Both the position numbers and the translations under genes were made by a program. Below, piece by piece: positions 8,910-18,051 of a stretch of DNA of 64,000 nucleotides. This DNA is from Lachnospiraceae bacterium (GTDB taxonomy: Bacteria; Bacillota; Clostridia; Lachnospirales; Lachnospiraceae): contig JAILCB010000083.1 of NCBI GenBank assembly GCA_024680595.1, positions 1,664-65,663 on the forward strand. Reading direction: 5' to 3'. A model generated the notes under the pieces. That model had not been told where the DNA came from. It did not search any database and saw only the letters and a list, made by a program, of their open reading frames with translations. The first letter of the stretch is position 1; every line of letters starts with the position of its first letter.

Positions 8910-10305
8910 TAAAAGTAGAAGGAAGATTGTGCTTACTATCCTTGCTACTACAATTCTATTCCTCTTGGTTACACTGACCGCGATTTATATGACCAGCTAT
9001 CAGTCCCTGAAAAACCAGGGTAAGGAGATGCTGGAGAGATATGCAGAGAGATATTCCCTTGAGGATAGGCCTGACGGCCGACCTCCGGCAGGTCCCGCTG
9101 ATCTTTTCCGGAAGGATGAAGAAGGGATTCAGGAAGGTTCCTCCGAAAATAACATAAAGGAGCAAGGAGGAGCTCTGGAGGAGTCTTCTGTATCTGACCC
9201 AGAAGAGGATGAAGGATCCCTTCCGGAACAATTTGAAGGGACCACCGCATTGGGGCCGCAGGGAAATGAAGAGCCCCGGCCTGCCGACGGGGTACTCTAT
9301 AAGCTTTCTTCTTTCTACTCGGTTGCCTATTCGGGCAGGCAGGAAATACTTGCCGTGGATACCGGCTGGGGCAAGATTCATACAGAGGAGGAGATAATCG
9401 GGCTGGCAGAGGGAATCCTAAAAGAGGGTAAGGAAGAGGGAAATTATGAGCATATGCTCTACCGGGTGGAAAAACGGGATGGGTATACCCTTGTGGCTTT
9501 CATGGACAATCTCCTGATGGAAGACAGTATGGGTAAGGTATTGGTTAATACCCTGATTGTAGGCCTAATCTCTGTCATCCTCTTTTTTGCGGCAGCGGTA
9601 ATCCTGGCCAGGCATATTATTCGGCCCCTGGAAGAAAACGACTTGAAACAGAAGCAGTTCGTATCGGATGCAGGTCATGAATTAAAAACCCCCATATCGG
9701 TGATCAGCACCAATGCGGAGCTGCTCTATAGGCAAATCGGCGATAATCAATGGCTATCCAATATTAGTTATGAGAACGAGCGCATGGGAAATCTGGTAAA
9801 GGAGCTCCTCATGCTTTCCCGGGCAGAAAACAGTGCATTCATATTCGAATTACTTGACCTGTCCAAGCTTGTGCAGCAGGAGGTCCTGCCCTTCGAAAGC
9901 GTGGCCTTTGAGAACGGCCTTGAACTGGTAAGCCATATTTGTGAGGGAATTACCGTCAAGGGTAACCGGAGCCAGCTGGGGCAGCTGATTTCGATTCTCA
10001 CCGATAATGCTATCAGCTATAACGAAGGGGGAAAGAGGGTCACGGTTTCCCTAAAGAAGAGACATAGGCAGGCCATCCTTTCGGTGGAGAATTTCGGCAG
10101 GGAAGTTCCTGTAGAAATGAGGGAACGGCTGTTTGACCGCTTCTATCGAAGTGATGAGTCCAGAGGAGAGAGCGAGGGTCATTTTGGACTGGGCCTTTCC
10201 ATAGCAAGGGCTATAACAGACTCCCACCATGGGAAAATCAGCCTGGACTGTATGGATGGCAGGGTGGTTTTTACGGTCACACTGCTTATGGAAAAATTAA
10301 AATAA
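8902..10305 (+). CDS. Sensor histidine kinase
   Basis: Two TM segments, H-box FVSDAGHELKTPI, N-box DNAISY, FDRFYR, GLGLSIA; overlaps the regulator stop codon. Confidence 0.95.
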   Translation: MFNKSRRKIVLTILATTILFLLVTLTAIYMTSYQSLKNQGKEMLERYAERYSLEDRPDGRPPAGPADLFRKDEEGIQEGSSENNIKEQGGALEESSVSDPEEDEGSLPEQFEGTTALGPQGNEEPRPADGVLYKLSSFYSVAYSGRQEILAVDTGWGKIHTEEEIIGLAEGILKEGKEEGNYEHMLYRVEKRDGYTLVAFMDNLLMEDSMGKVLVNTLIVGLISVILFFAAAVILARHIIRPLEENDLKQKQFVSDAGHELKTPISVISTNAELLYRQIGDNQWLSNISYENERMGNLVKELLMLSRAENSAFIFELLDLSKLVQQEVLPFESVAFENGLELVSHICEGITVKGNRSQLGQLISILTDNAISYNEGGKRVTVSLKKRHRQAILSVENFGREVPVEMRERLFDRFYRSDESRGESEGHFGLGLSIARAITDSHHGKISLDCMDGRVVFTVTLLMEKLK

Positions 10306-10339
10306 CTTCAATCTAATTTCAATATACCTCCTGTATTAT
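10306..10339 (+). promoter_or_regulatory. Second (C/T)TTCAAT tandem site plus -10 TATTAT
   Basis: CTTCAAT at 10306-10312, TTTCAAT at 10317-10323, TATTAT at 10334-10339; same spacing as the 8159 site. Confidence 0.7.
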
Positions 10340-10368
10340 GATGAAAAATGAGAACAGGAGGTATTTCT

Positions 10369-12813
10369 ATGCGAAATTACAAAAAGCTCATGGCACTTAT
10401 GCTCAATTTCGTGCTTTGCTTTAATCTCTGTGCCTGTGCTTCCGGTTCGGGAAGCGGAAAAGCAGATTCTGCATCCGACCAGGCCAATAGTACGGCAGAG
10501 ACCGGCAGCCCGGCAGCTGAAAAGGATGGCGGCAAGGCCGGGGATAGCGCTGAGGAAGCAGGGAGTGAAGCAGGGAGTGCTGACAAAACTGCAGAGGATG
10601 CAGGGAGTGCGGACAAGGCGGTAAATAAAACGACGGACATGACGGCAATTGAGGAAGCGCTTAATCTGGCAAATATGGATGCGGAATGGACATATAGCGA
10701 TTCTGACAAGGCCTGGACCTTGTCCGTTGTGACAGCGGTGACAAAGCCTGAAATCGAGGATGAACAGGGGGTTTCTGTTTGCGTTCCCGGCTCCTATGTG
10801 AAGGGAATTGATACGGACGGTGACGGGACAGAGGATGAGACAAGCGGAACGGTAAAGGGGAAACTAGTAATAGACTATGATGCTTCTATTACCAGTACTA
10901 ACGGTCAGATCTACACGGCGGCCACTGCACCGGTCATTATCAATACCGGAGCGGCCGGTTACAGTGAGCAGTCTAATCAGACCGCGGGAACCACATATGC
11001 CTCTGAGGGATTTATTAATGTAGCCTGCGGAAACAGGGGGAAGCAGAGCACCCTTGAGGACGGCACCTTTACGGGGGATGCCCCCTGCTGCCTGGTGGAT
11101 CAGAAGAATGCGGTCCGCTTTGTGAAATATAATATTCTGCTTGGCAATCTGCCCGGCAGTGTTGACTACTTTGTTTCTACCGGCGGCTCAGGCGGCGGAG
11201 CCCATGCATCTATGCTGGCGGCCACATCGGACAATCCTGACTTCTACGATTATGAGATAGCGGCAGGGGCTGTGGGGGTCTATCAGGATTCTGACGGAAA
11301 CTACATTACCAGTGTAACCCTTGATGGAAAAGAGGTAGATCTTTCCGACGGTATGTGGGGCTGCATGGCCTATAGCGCCATCACATCCCTTGCGGAAGCG
11401 GATATGGCTCTGGCATTTGAATATTATCTGGATCCCACCTATAGCTTTAATACGGATTTCCAGAAGCAGGTGGCAGAATATCTGGCCGCGGAATATATGG
11501 AATACATTAATGCCAAGAAGCTGAAGGTCAAGGAATCGGCGGTAGGATTTGACCTAAACGGTGACGGTGATACTGAGGATGAGATTGACCTTACCATTGA
11601 ATATGATGCCGAAAAGCATGGGGATACCAATGGCTACTATGGCACTTATGTGGATCTCTATCTGGCGGAGCTGCAGCAGAGCCTGAATGACTATATTGCC
11701 CGCCTTGACTACGCTGAGGACTGGACCTGGTTTGATGCGGAGGGCAAAGCCCTTTCTGACAGCGAGGTCGCATCTATGACCACTGCTGACAGGGGACAGG
11801 CCTTTATTGAGGGACGATATGCAAAGGGCAGTACTGGCAGTTCAAATGCCATGGGCGGTCCCGGAGGCCCCGGAGGAAATGGGGGTCCCGGAGGGGACAA
11901 TGCGGGCGGCCCTCCCGATATGAACGGAGGCCCCGAAGGAAATGGGGGTCCCGGAGGGGACAATGCAGGCGGCCCTCCCGATATGAACGGAGGTCCCGGA
12001 GGGGATAATGCGGGCAGCCCTCCCGATATGAACGGGGGTCCCGGAGGGGACAATGCGGGCGGCCCTCCCAATATGTCAGGAAATTCAGAGGGACAGACGG
12101 AAGAAGTCGGTACTCCTGATGCCGGAACTACCCAGTCTGCCAGCAGCAAGACGGATTCCTCTACCTATTCATCCTTTGAGGAAATGTTGGATTCCTATCA
12201 GGCAGATATAGCGGAGATTGAGGCAGGAGACGCCTATGGCAATAATATTGTGGAGCTCTATGACCCGACTAATTATATCGGGGCAGAGGGAACCAATAAC
12301 CCCACATGGGCAAGAGTTCTGATGGGGGCGTCTGAGGGAGATATTTCCATGTTTAATTCGCTGAATATGCAGATTGCATGGCTGAATGCGGGTACAGATG
12401 CAGAGATTGAGTGGCAGTGGAACGGCGGCCACGTTCCCTCTGAAATCTTTGGAGATTCTCTTGCCCTCTATGTGGACACCATGTATGGCAAGCATGTGGA
12501 CGGGGCGGTATCTGTCAGTAAGGCGGCGGCCAAGGGTCAGAGCGAGAACGGCACGGCAACAGAGGCGGACGGAAGCGATCTATCCGGCTGGGTGACCTAT
12601 GACAGCGACAAGGGGGCGACATTTGCCCTTGCGGATGCGGCAAACTACCGTACCTCCGGCGCCAGCAAAGCCATTCCAGGATTTGATGTAATGGACTATG
12701 GCCAGGAAGACTATGTTTTCGGCAGTTCCACGGCAGATGCCAGACATTGGGACAGACATGTATTGGATGTATTTGAGGCGCATAAAGACGAATTAAGTGA
12801 ATTATTCAATTAA
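10369..12813 (+). CDS. Lipoprotein, tannase (TanA)-like alpha/beta hydrolase
   Basis: GGAGG RBS before ATG at 10369; signal peptide with lipobox LCAC. PVIINTGAAGY, APCCLVDQKNAVRFVKYN, nucleophile elbow GGSGGG, WNGGH. Confidence 0.75.
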   Translation: MRNYKKLMALMLNFVLCFNLCACASGSGSGKADSASDQANSTAETGSPAAEKDGGKAGDSAEEAGSEAGSADKTAEDAGSADKAVNKTTDMTAIEEALNLANMDAEWTYSDSDKAWTLSVVTAVTKPEIEDEQGVSVCVPGSYVKGIDTDGDGTEDETSGTVKGKLVIDYDASITSTNGQIYTAATAPVIINTGAAGYSEQSNQTAGTTYASEGFINVACGNRGKQSTLEDGTFTGDAPCCLVDQKNAVRFVKYNILLGNLPGSVDYFVSTGGSGGGAHASMLAATSDNPDFYDYEIAAGAVGVYQDSDGNYITSVTLDGKEVDLSDGMWGCMAYSAITSLAEADMALAFEYYLDPTYSFNTDFQKQVAEYLAAEYMEYINAKKLKVKESAVGFDLNGDGDTEDEIDLTIEYDAEKHGDTNGYYGTYVDLYLAELQQSLNDYIARLDYAEDWTWFDAEGKALSDSEVASMTTADRGQAFIEGRYAKGSTGSSNAMGGPGGPGGNGGPGGDNAGGPPDMNGGPEGNGGPGGDNAGGPPDMNGGPGGDNAGSPPDMNGGPGGDNAGGPPNMSGNSEGQTEEVGTPDAGTTQSASSKTDSSTYSSFEEMLDSYQADIAEIEAGDAYGNNIVELYDPTNYIGAEGTNNPTWARVLMGASEGDISMFNSLNMQIAWLNAGTDAEIEWQWNGGHVPSEIFGDSLALYVDTMYGKHVDGAVSVSKAAAKGQSENGTATEADGSDLSGWVTYDSDKGATFALADAANYRTSGASKAIPGFDVMDYGQEDYVFGSSTADARHWDRHVLDVFEAHKDELSELFN
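11852..12075 (+). repeat. Intragenic repeat encoding (GGPGGDNAGGPPDMN) about 4 times
   Basis: GGTCCCGGAGGGGA(C/T)AATGC recurs 4 times. Confidence 0.9.
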
Positions 12814-12870
12814 TTCAAGTCCATAAGGGTTTGCCAATGCGGCAACACAAGGCAGAACCCGGCGAAGGCC

Positions 12871-12909
12871 AATAGGGCAGGGGATTTTTCCCCTGCCCTA
12901 TTGCTTTTT
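12871..12909 (+). terminator. Rho-independent terminator
   Basis: AATAGGGCAGGGG-ATTTTT-CCCCTGCCCTATT followed by T tract. Confidence 0.85.
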
Positions 12910-12910
12910 G

Positions 12911-13159
12911 TGTAGGCTAGGAGCCAAAGCCTCATGGGACGCTTGCGTCCCGATGAGGCCTTGGCGACAGCCCATCATCGAAGGCCCAAAGGGCCTGAGA
13001 TGTGGGCGAGGCCGGAATCGAGTAGGGGGTCTTTCCCTACTCGATTGTAGGCTAGGAGCCAAAGTCTCGTCGGCGTGCCTGCACGAGCGCGAGACTTTGG
13101 CGACAGCCTATTATCGAAGACCCTCTGAGCCTGAGATGACGGGCGAGGCCGGAATCGAG
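12911..13159 (+). repeat. Dispersed structured repeat family A (about 135-139 bp, multi-hairpin), two tandem units
   Basis: TGTAGGCTAGGAGCCAAAG begins at 12911 and 13046; homologous to 16422, 21232 and 32911. Confidence 0.9.
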
Positions 13160-13415
13160 GTATAGGCTTGCTCGGTTGTAGGCAGTGAGCAGGGACCTTT
13201 TCAATGTGTTTGCACTCTGACGGGATCCAGGCGGAGTCCAATCGGGTAGGGGATATATTCCGCTATTCGATTGGGGGATACATGGCATAAATGTCTTAGG
13301 CGGATAGCGGCAGAGGAATTTCAAAGAAGAGTGATTTGGGTCGGTGGGCATCATATAATTTCTTTATAGAATGGCTGAGGAATAATATTTTTAAGAACTC
13401 TAATATCTCCCTCTG

Positions 13416-13424
13416 TGTTATAAT
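13416..13424 (+). promoter_or_regulatory. Extended -10 promoter (TGnTATAAT) for the symporter gene
   Basis: TGTTATAAT at 13416-13424. Confidence 0.55.
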
Positions 13425-13436
13425 AGGACAGCTTTA

Positions 13437-13529
13437 TGCGTATACGACCGGCCCTCGCGAAGCGAAGGGCGTGTCCCGCGCAAAGCGCGGGATTTCGGAA
13501 TGCGGTTCCTTGCCGTATTCTAAAAGTCA
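13437..13529 (+). repeat. Dispersed structured repeat family B, copy 2 (in the probable 5' UTR)
   Basis: GACCGGCCCTCGCGAAGC...GCGCGGGATTTCGGAATGCGG...TATTCTAAAAGTCA is the reverse complement of the 4415 and 55388 copies. Confidence 0.8.
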
Positions 13530-13574
13530 AAAAATCAGGCGGAAGAGGTGAAGAGAGACAAAAGGAGAGAGAAA

Positions 13575-15239
13575 ATGAAGGTTAAAAACACTTTTCCTGC
13601 GGACAATCAGAGTATCAGAGAGATAACAGAGTTTGTAAAGGAACATCTGGAGAAGGTTGGGGTTAAAAAGAGAGACGAGATAAAAGCGGTGCTAACTGCG
13701 GAGGAAGCTGCAGGCAGTCTCATCAGTCATAATGATGATAAGAATGATTCTGCAGGAATAATTTACGTTACTGTGAGGGCTATACTGGGCTATATTAGTA
13801 TTGAGATGTGTGCAAAGGGAGTAGAATATACTCTTGAAAACAATATGGCATCCATCACACTTGATGATGCGGACGGCCCGGTCAATGATATTCAGGAATC
13901 CATCCGAAGGATTATCCTGAGTTCTATGACAGACAGCATAAAGTATAGTCATAGAGATGGTACTAATTATATCCGGATGACGGTTATCAAGTCAAAGCAG
14001 GCCTTTCTTTACAAGACCATTGGTGCCATGATTCTGGCGGTTATCGTGGGACTTTTGTGCGCATCTTCCCTGCCTGCTGATTTTAATACAACTGTAAATA
14101 GTATGGTTCTGGTACCGGTCAAGACTATGTACATGAATGCCCTGAAAATGATAGTATGTCCGGTGGTCTTTTTTTCCATTATTTCATGTATCGTACAGTT
14201 CTCCGATTTGTCTTCTCTTGGGCGAATAGGAGGGAAGATAATCGGGATGTATTTATTTACCACGGCTTTAGCCATAGGCATTGGTATCGGTATCTTCTAT
14301 CTGATTCAGCCCGGGGATCCCTCTCTTGCCTCCTCTATGGTTGCGGATGCATCTAAGATCACATCACAGACCATGGACGTATCCATAAAGGATACAATAG
14401 TTGGGATTATTCCCTCGGATATTATCAACCCCTTCCTCAAAGCCAATATGCTGCAGCTGATTTTCATGGCTGTCATCTGTGGCGTCGCCACCAGTCTTTT
14501 GGGCAAATATTCAGAGGTTTTGATTGATTTCTTCAATGCATGCAATGACCTTTTCCTCAAGGTCACATCCCTGATTATTCGGGTAATGCCTCTTGCGGTC
14601 TTTTGTTCCATAATGTCTATGATGCTGACAATGGGCATCAATACCATCCTTTCGGTTTTGGGAATGATGGGTACCTTCCTCCTTGGCCTAATTGCAATCA
14701 TGTTTGTCTACTGTCTGCTTATGACGATTATGGGCAAAATAAATCCCATTATTTTTGTGAAGAAATATGCTCCTTATATGCTGCAGGTCTTTTCCCTTGC
14801 CTCCTCAAATGCCTCTATACCGATTAATATGGAGGCCTGTGAGAAAAAGATAGGTATCAGCAGAAGGATTTTCTCCCTGTCCATTCCTCTGGGAGCCACA
14901 CTTAATATGGACGGTACCTGTATTCATTTGTCTGTATTTGCCCTGGCCCTTGCAAAAATCTATGGGGTGGAAATAACCGGGGCGGCCATGTTATCCATGG
15001 TAATTTCCATATTTGTCCTATCTATGGGAGCACCCGGCATTCCCGGGGCCGGTCTTATCTGTCTGTCGGTCCTTCTCTCCCAGATGGGGGTACCGGTAGA
15101 GGCCGTGGGCCTGGTAATGGGAATCGATTCCCTTTGCGGAATGTTCCGCTGCATGAGTAACTGTCTCGGGGATGTGGCGGTTTCTACCATTGTGGCCAGA
15201 AGTGAGAAGGAACTGGACATGGAGGTATATAATAGTTAA
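13575..15239 (+). CDS. Dicarboxylate/amino acid:cation symporter (DAACS) with an extra N-terminal domain of about 140 aa
   Basis: ALKMIVCP, NMLQLIF, ASSNASIP, GATLNMDG, MGAPGIPG, RCMSNCLGD; ATG at 13575 after AAGGAG. Confidence 0.9.
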   Translation: MKVKNTFPADNQSIREITEFVKEHLEKVGVKKRDEIKAVLTAEEAAGSLISHNDDKNDSAGIIYVTVRAILGYISIEMCAKGVEYTLENNMASITLDDADGPVNDIQESIRRIILSSMTDSIKYSHRDGTNYIRMTVIKSKQAFLYKTIGAMILAVIVGLLCASSLPADFNTTVNSMVLVPVKTMYMNALKMIVCPVVFFSIISCIVQFSDLSSLGRIGGKIIGMYLFTTALAIGIGIGIFYLIQPGDPSLASSMVADASKITSQTMDVSIKDTIVGIIPSDIINPFLKANMLQLIFMAVICGVATSLLGKYSEVLIDFFNACNDLFLKVTSLIIRVMPLAVFCSIMSMMLTMGINTILSVLGMMGTFLLGLIAIMFVYCLLMTIMGKINPIIFVKKYAPYMLQVFSLASSNASIPINMEACEKKIGISRRIFSLSIPLGATLNMDGTCIHLSVFALALAKIYGVEITGAAMLSMVISIFVLSMGAPGIPGAGLICLSVLLSQMGVPVEAVGLVMGIDSLCGMFRCMSNCLGDVAVSTIVARSEKELDMEVYNS

Positions 15240-15388
15240 GGCATTGTGATAGAGAGTGAGTTTAGTGATATATCAGGACTATTCCGGCAAGGATGGCGGG
15301 ATAGCCTCTAAACTCGTGAGAATACGCCTTAATTATTCATATAATCAGTTGAATAAAAATATTAAATAATATAAGGAGAGGTTCAAAA

Positions 15389-16345
15389 ATGGATATTGCA
15401 TATTTACTTTGGTTTCAGGACTTCCGGAATAGTATAGGGGATGCCCTGACCCCTTTTATGCAATGGGTGTCGGATTTCGCGGTAGATTATCTGATTCTCT
15501 TTGCCATCTTTTACTACTGGAACTGCGAGAAAAGGGGAGGCTTGTACACCCTTGTATCCTATTATTTCAGTATTTTTATCACGCCCTTTATCAAGCTCAC
15601 GGCCTGCATTTACAGGCCCTGGATCCGGGACAGCAGGATTGTTCCTGCCGGAGATGCCATCCGGACGGCGACCAGCTACTCTTTTCCCAGCGGCCATACC
15701 ACAACAGCAGGGCCTCTTGCCGGCGGCCTTGCCATTAATACCTGGAAGGATAGAAGGACGAAGGGCCTGTCTGTTTTGTTTGTGCTTTTCATTCTCCTAA
15801 CCATGATTTCCAGAAATTATCTGGGTGTCCATACTCCCCAGGATGTCTGTGTGGGGCTGCTAATTTCCATCCTGAGCCTATTTCTGACGGCGAAGCTCTT
15901 TAATTATCTGGACCGTCATCCCGAAAAGGAGAATATGCTGCTCATCTGCGGATTTATTATCTGCTGCCTGGGAATAGCCTATATCACCCTCAAGCCCTAT
16001 CCCATGGACTATGATGCGGCAGGTAAATTGCTGGTGGATCCCCAGAAAATGATGGAAGACGGCTATGGTGATATGGGGAAGATGATGGGCTTCATCATTG
16101 CCCGTTTTGTGGAGAAGAATTGGATAGGATTTGAGCCCTTGAGAAATAAAAGTAAGAGCGCCATTCTTTGCGTCATTTTCCTGCTGCCCCTGATTCCAAT
16201 GAAGGAGTATTTCAGACCGGTATTGGTGGGTGCTTTCGGCTCTCATTGGGGTAAGCTGTTCTTTTCCATTATCTATGCTTTCTATTATATTGCACTTATT
16301 CCCATGATCTTGAAGATTTTGGGCCGCAGAGAACAAAAGGCTTGA
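15389..16345 (+). CDS. PAP2 family membrane phosphatase
   Basis: KLTACIYRP, SFPSGH and SRNYLGVH motifs; multiple TM segments. Confidence 0.9.
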   Translation: MDIAYLLWFQDFRNSIGDALTPFMQWVSDFAVDYLILFAIFYYWNCEKRGGLYTLVSYYFSIFITPFIKLTACIYRPWIRDSRIVPAGDAIRTATSYSFPSGHTTTAGPLAGGLAINTWKDRRTKGLSVLFVLFILLTMISRNYLGVHTPQDVCVGLLISILSLFLTAKLFNYLDRHPEKENMLLICGFIICCLGIAYITLKPYPMDYDAAGKLLVDPQKMMEDGYGDMGKMMGFIIARFVEKNWIGFEPLRNKSKSAILCVIFLLPLIPMKEYFRPVLVGAFGSHWGKLFFSIIYAFYYIALIPMILKILGRREQKA

Positions 16346-16421
16346 AAGGATGCCGGCGTTTCCTTAAAATGATACCTTGTAATTGAAAGCCTCTTCTTTT
16401 CGTAGAAAGTGGTCATGGATG

Positions 16422-16593
16422 ATCGAGTAGGGGAGGAAAGCCCCCCTACTCGATTCCGGCCTCGCCCTCATCTCAGGCCCTTCGGGCCTTCGATGATGGG
16501 CTGTCGCCAAGGCCTCATCGGGACGCAAGCGTCCCATCAGGCTTTGGCTCCTAGCCTACAATCGAGTAGGGGAGGAAAGCCCCCCTACTCGAT
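16422..16593 (-). repeat. Repeat family A copy flanked by two ATCGAGTAGGGG...CCCCTACTCGAT hairpins
   Basis: The hairpin starts at 16422 and 16561 (period 139); the body is the reverse complement of the 12911 unit. Confidence 0.9.
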
Positions 16594-16689
16594 TTCGCAC
16601 GCGAACATTCCGCACTTCGTGCTCCATGTTCTTACGACCGGCAAATGAATTTGCATGCAAGCATGCATTCGCTTGCCGGTCTTGTGCTA

Positions 16690-16726
16690 CAAAAAGCGGG
16701 GTGGGAATAAATCCCGCCCCGCCCCT
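16690..16726 (-). terminator. Rho-independent terminator of the lipoprotein gene
   Basis: GCGGGGTGGGA-ATAAA-TCCCGCCCCGC with an A tract on its left (T tract on the minus strand). Confidence 0.75.
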
Positions 16727-16768
16727 TATTAACCTAATCAAAGGCTTCTAAGTCTCAAATACCGAGAC

Positions 16769-17728
16769 TTACTGTCTCTCCATGTAGCTAGTAAGACCAC
16801 TGTTGGCATCCTCAGCATAGATGACATCATTGGTGGCATCGTAAGTAAACTCACCACCAGTTCCGCCTGCCTCGCTGAAATCAACTGTGATCTGGCTTCC
16901 ATCAAACTCATAGGTGCCTTCAACACCGATACCGGCAATAGCTCCGACAACAGTTCCATCCTCATTGAAGGTATAGGTAGCATCCAGGCCAGAAGCATCA
17001 ACGCCCTGAGTCTTTGCATACTCTTCCAGAGTGTAGGAATTTCCGTCTGCATCAGTGATGGTGGTCATAGCCCAGTCGCCAACAATAGCACTGGCATCAG
17101 CAGCCTCAGCAGACTCGCTGCCGTCCTCTTCCATAGCATCATCGATCATGCTGTCAATAGTATCGCCTTCTACAGCTCCTCTAGTATAATGAGAGCTCAT
17201 TCCAGTAGCAGCATCCTCTGTTACAAGAACATCCAGGCTTGCATCATAGGTAAATGAACCAGTAGAACCACCGGCCCCAGTAAAATCGGTCTCCAGAGTC
17301 TCGCCGTCATAGGTATAGGTTCCCTCTACAGGAATTCCAGCCAGAGACATGGTGCAGGTGCCGTCATCATTGATGGTGAGAATGGACTGGACATTTCCCA
17401 TATCAACACCCTGAGCCTTTGCATACTCTGCAAGAGTCTGCTCATTACCATCAGCATCAATGATGGTATCCAGTGTCCAGGAATCGATAATCTCAGCGCC
17501 CTGAACCTCTTCAGCAACCTCTGTCTCTTCCTCGGAAGCCTCTGTCTCTTCCTCAGCAACCTCTGTCTCTTCTTCGGTGGCCTCTTCACTTGCTGCTTCG
17601 CTTGCTGCTGCAGTGCTTGCTGCAGGCTTCTCCTCGGTCTTTCCACCGCCGCAGCCTACCATAGTAAAGGCAACTGCTGCAGTGAGACCTAACACTGTCG
17701 CCAACTTCTTCCAGTTTGTCATTTTCAT
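16769..17728 (-). CDS. Lipoprotein with an acidic linker and two repeated domains of about 100 aa (lipocalin-like beta-barrel suspected)
   Basis: Lipobox MVGC; two copies of W...I.DADGN..TL.EYAK.QGVD...T.N.DGT...AGI.VEGTY..DG. Confidence 0.8.
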   Translation of the reverse strand: MKMTNWKKLATVLGLTAAVAFTMVGCGGGKTEEKPAASTAAASEAASEEATEEETEVAEEETEASEEETEVAEEVQGAEIIDSWTLDTIIDADGNEQTLAEYAKAQGVDMGNVQSILTINDDGTCTMSLAGIPVEGTYTYDGETLETDFTGAGGSTGSFTYDASLDVLVTEDAATGMSSHYTRGAVEGDTIDSMIDDAMEEDGSESAEAADASAIVGDWAMTTITDADGNSYTLEEYAKTQGVDASGLDATYTFNEDGTVVGAIAGIGVEGTYEFDGSQITVDFSEAGGTGGEFTYDATNDVIYAEDANSGLTSYMERQ

Positions 17729-18051
17729 AATCCTCCTCTAAAAATATTGCACTGGAGAGCTATCACAGTTAAAATTACCCTAGTTCAAGAGAATCTGTCC
17801 ATACGGCTAGAACTCTGATAGCTCCTAGACGAAACCCTCACATATATAATTTATTATAGTATATAAGGTTTCGTTGTATTGGTACAATGCACATTATCCA
17901 AAAAACCGTCAGAATATAAAAGTACCGTTTATGTCAAAAATGGCAAAATTGGTTCTTGACAAATTTAAGATACTTGTTCTTCCTTGTATTTCCGATAAAC
18001 AGACACTTTTTTAAGATATCTTTAAGATTAACCGCCACAGAGGAAACCCCT

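Noticed and set aside
12911-12975. c-di-GMP-I riboswitch (GGGACGC and CAAAGCC words)
   Set aside because: The words are in the wrong order, and the element sits at 3' ends as a dispersed repeat.
12908-13354. Small ORFs over family-A repeats (also 16409-16648 and 21231-21555)
   Set aside because: They are translations of the non-coding repeat on both strands, with no RBS or coding signature.
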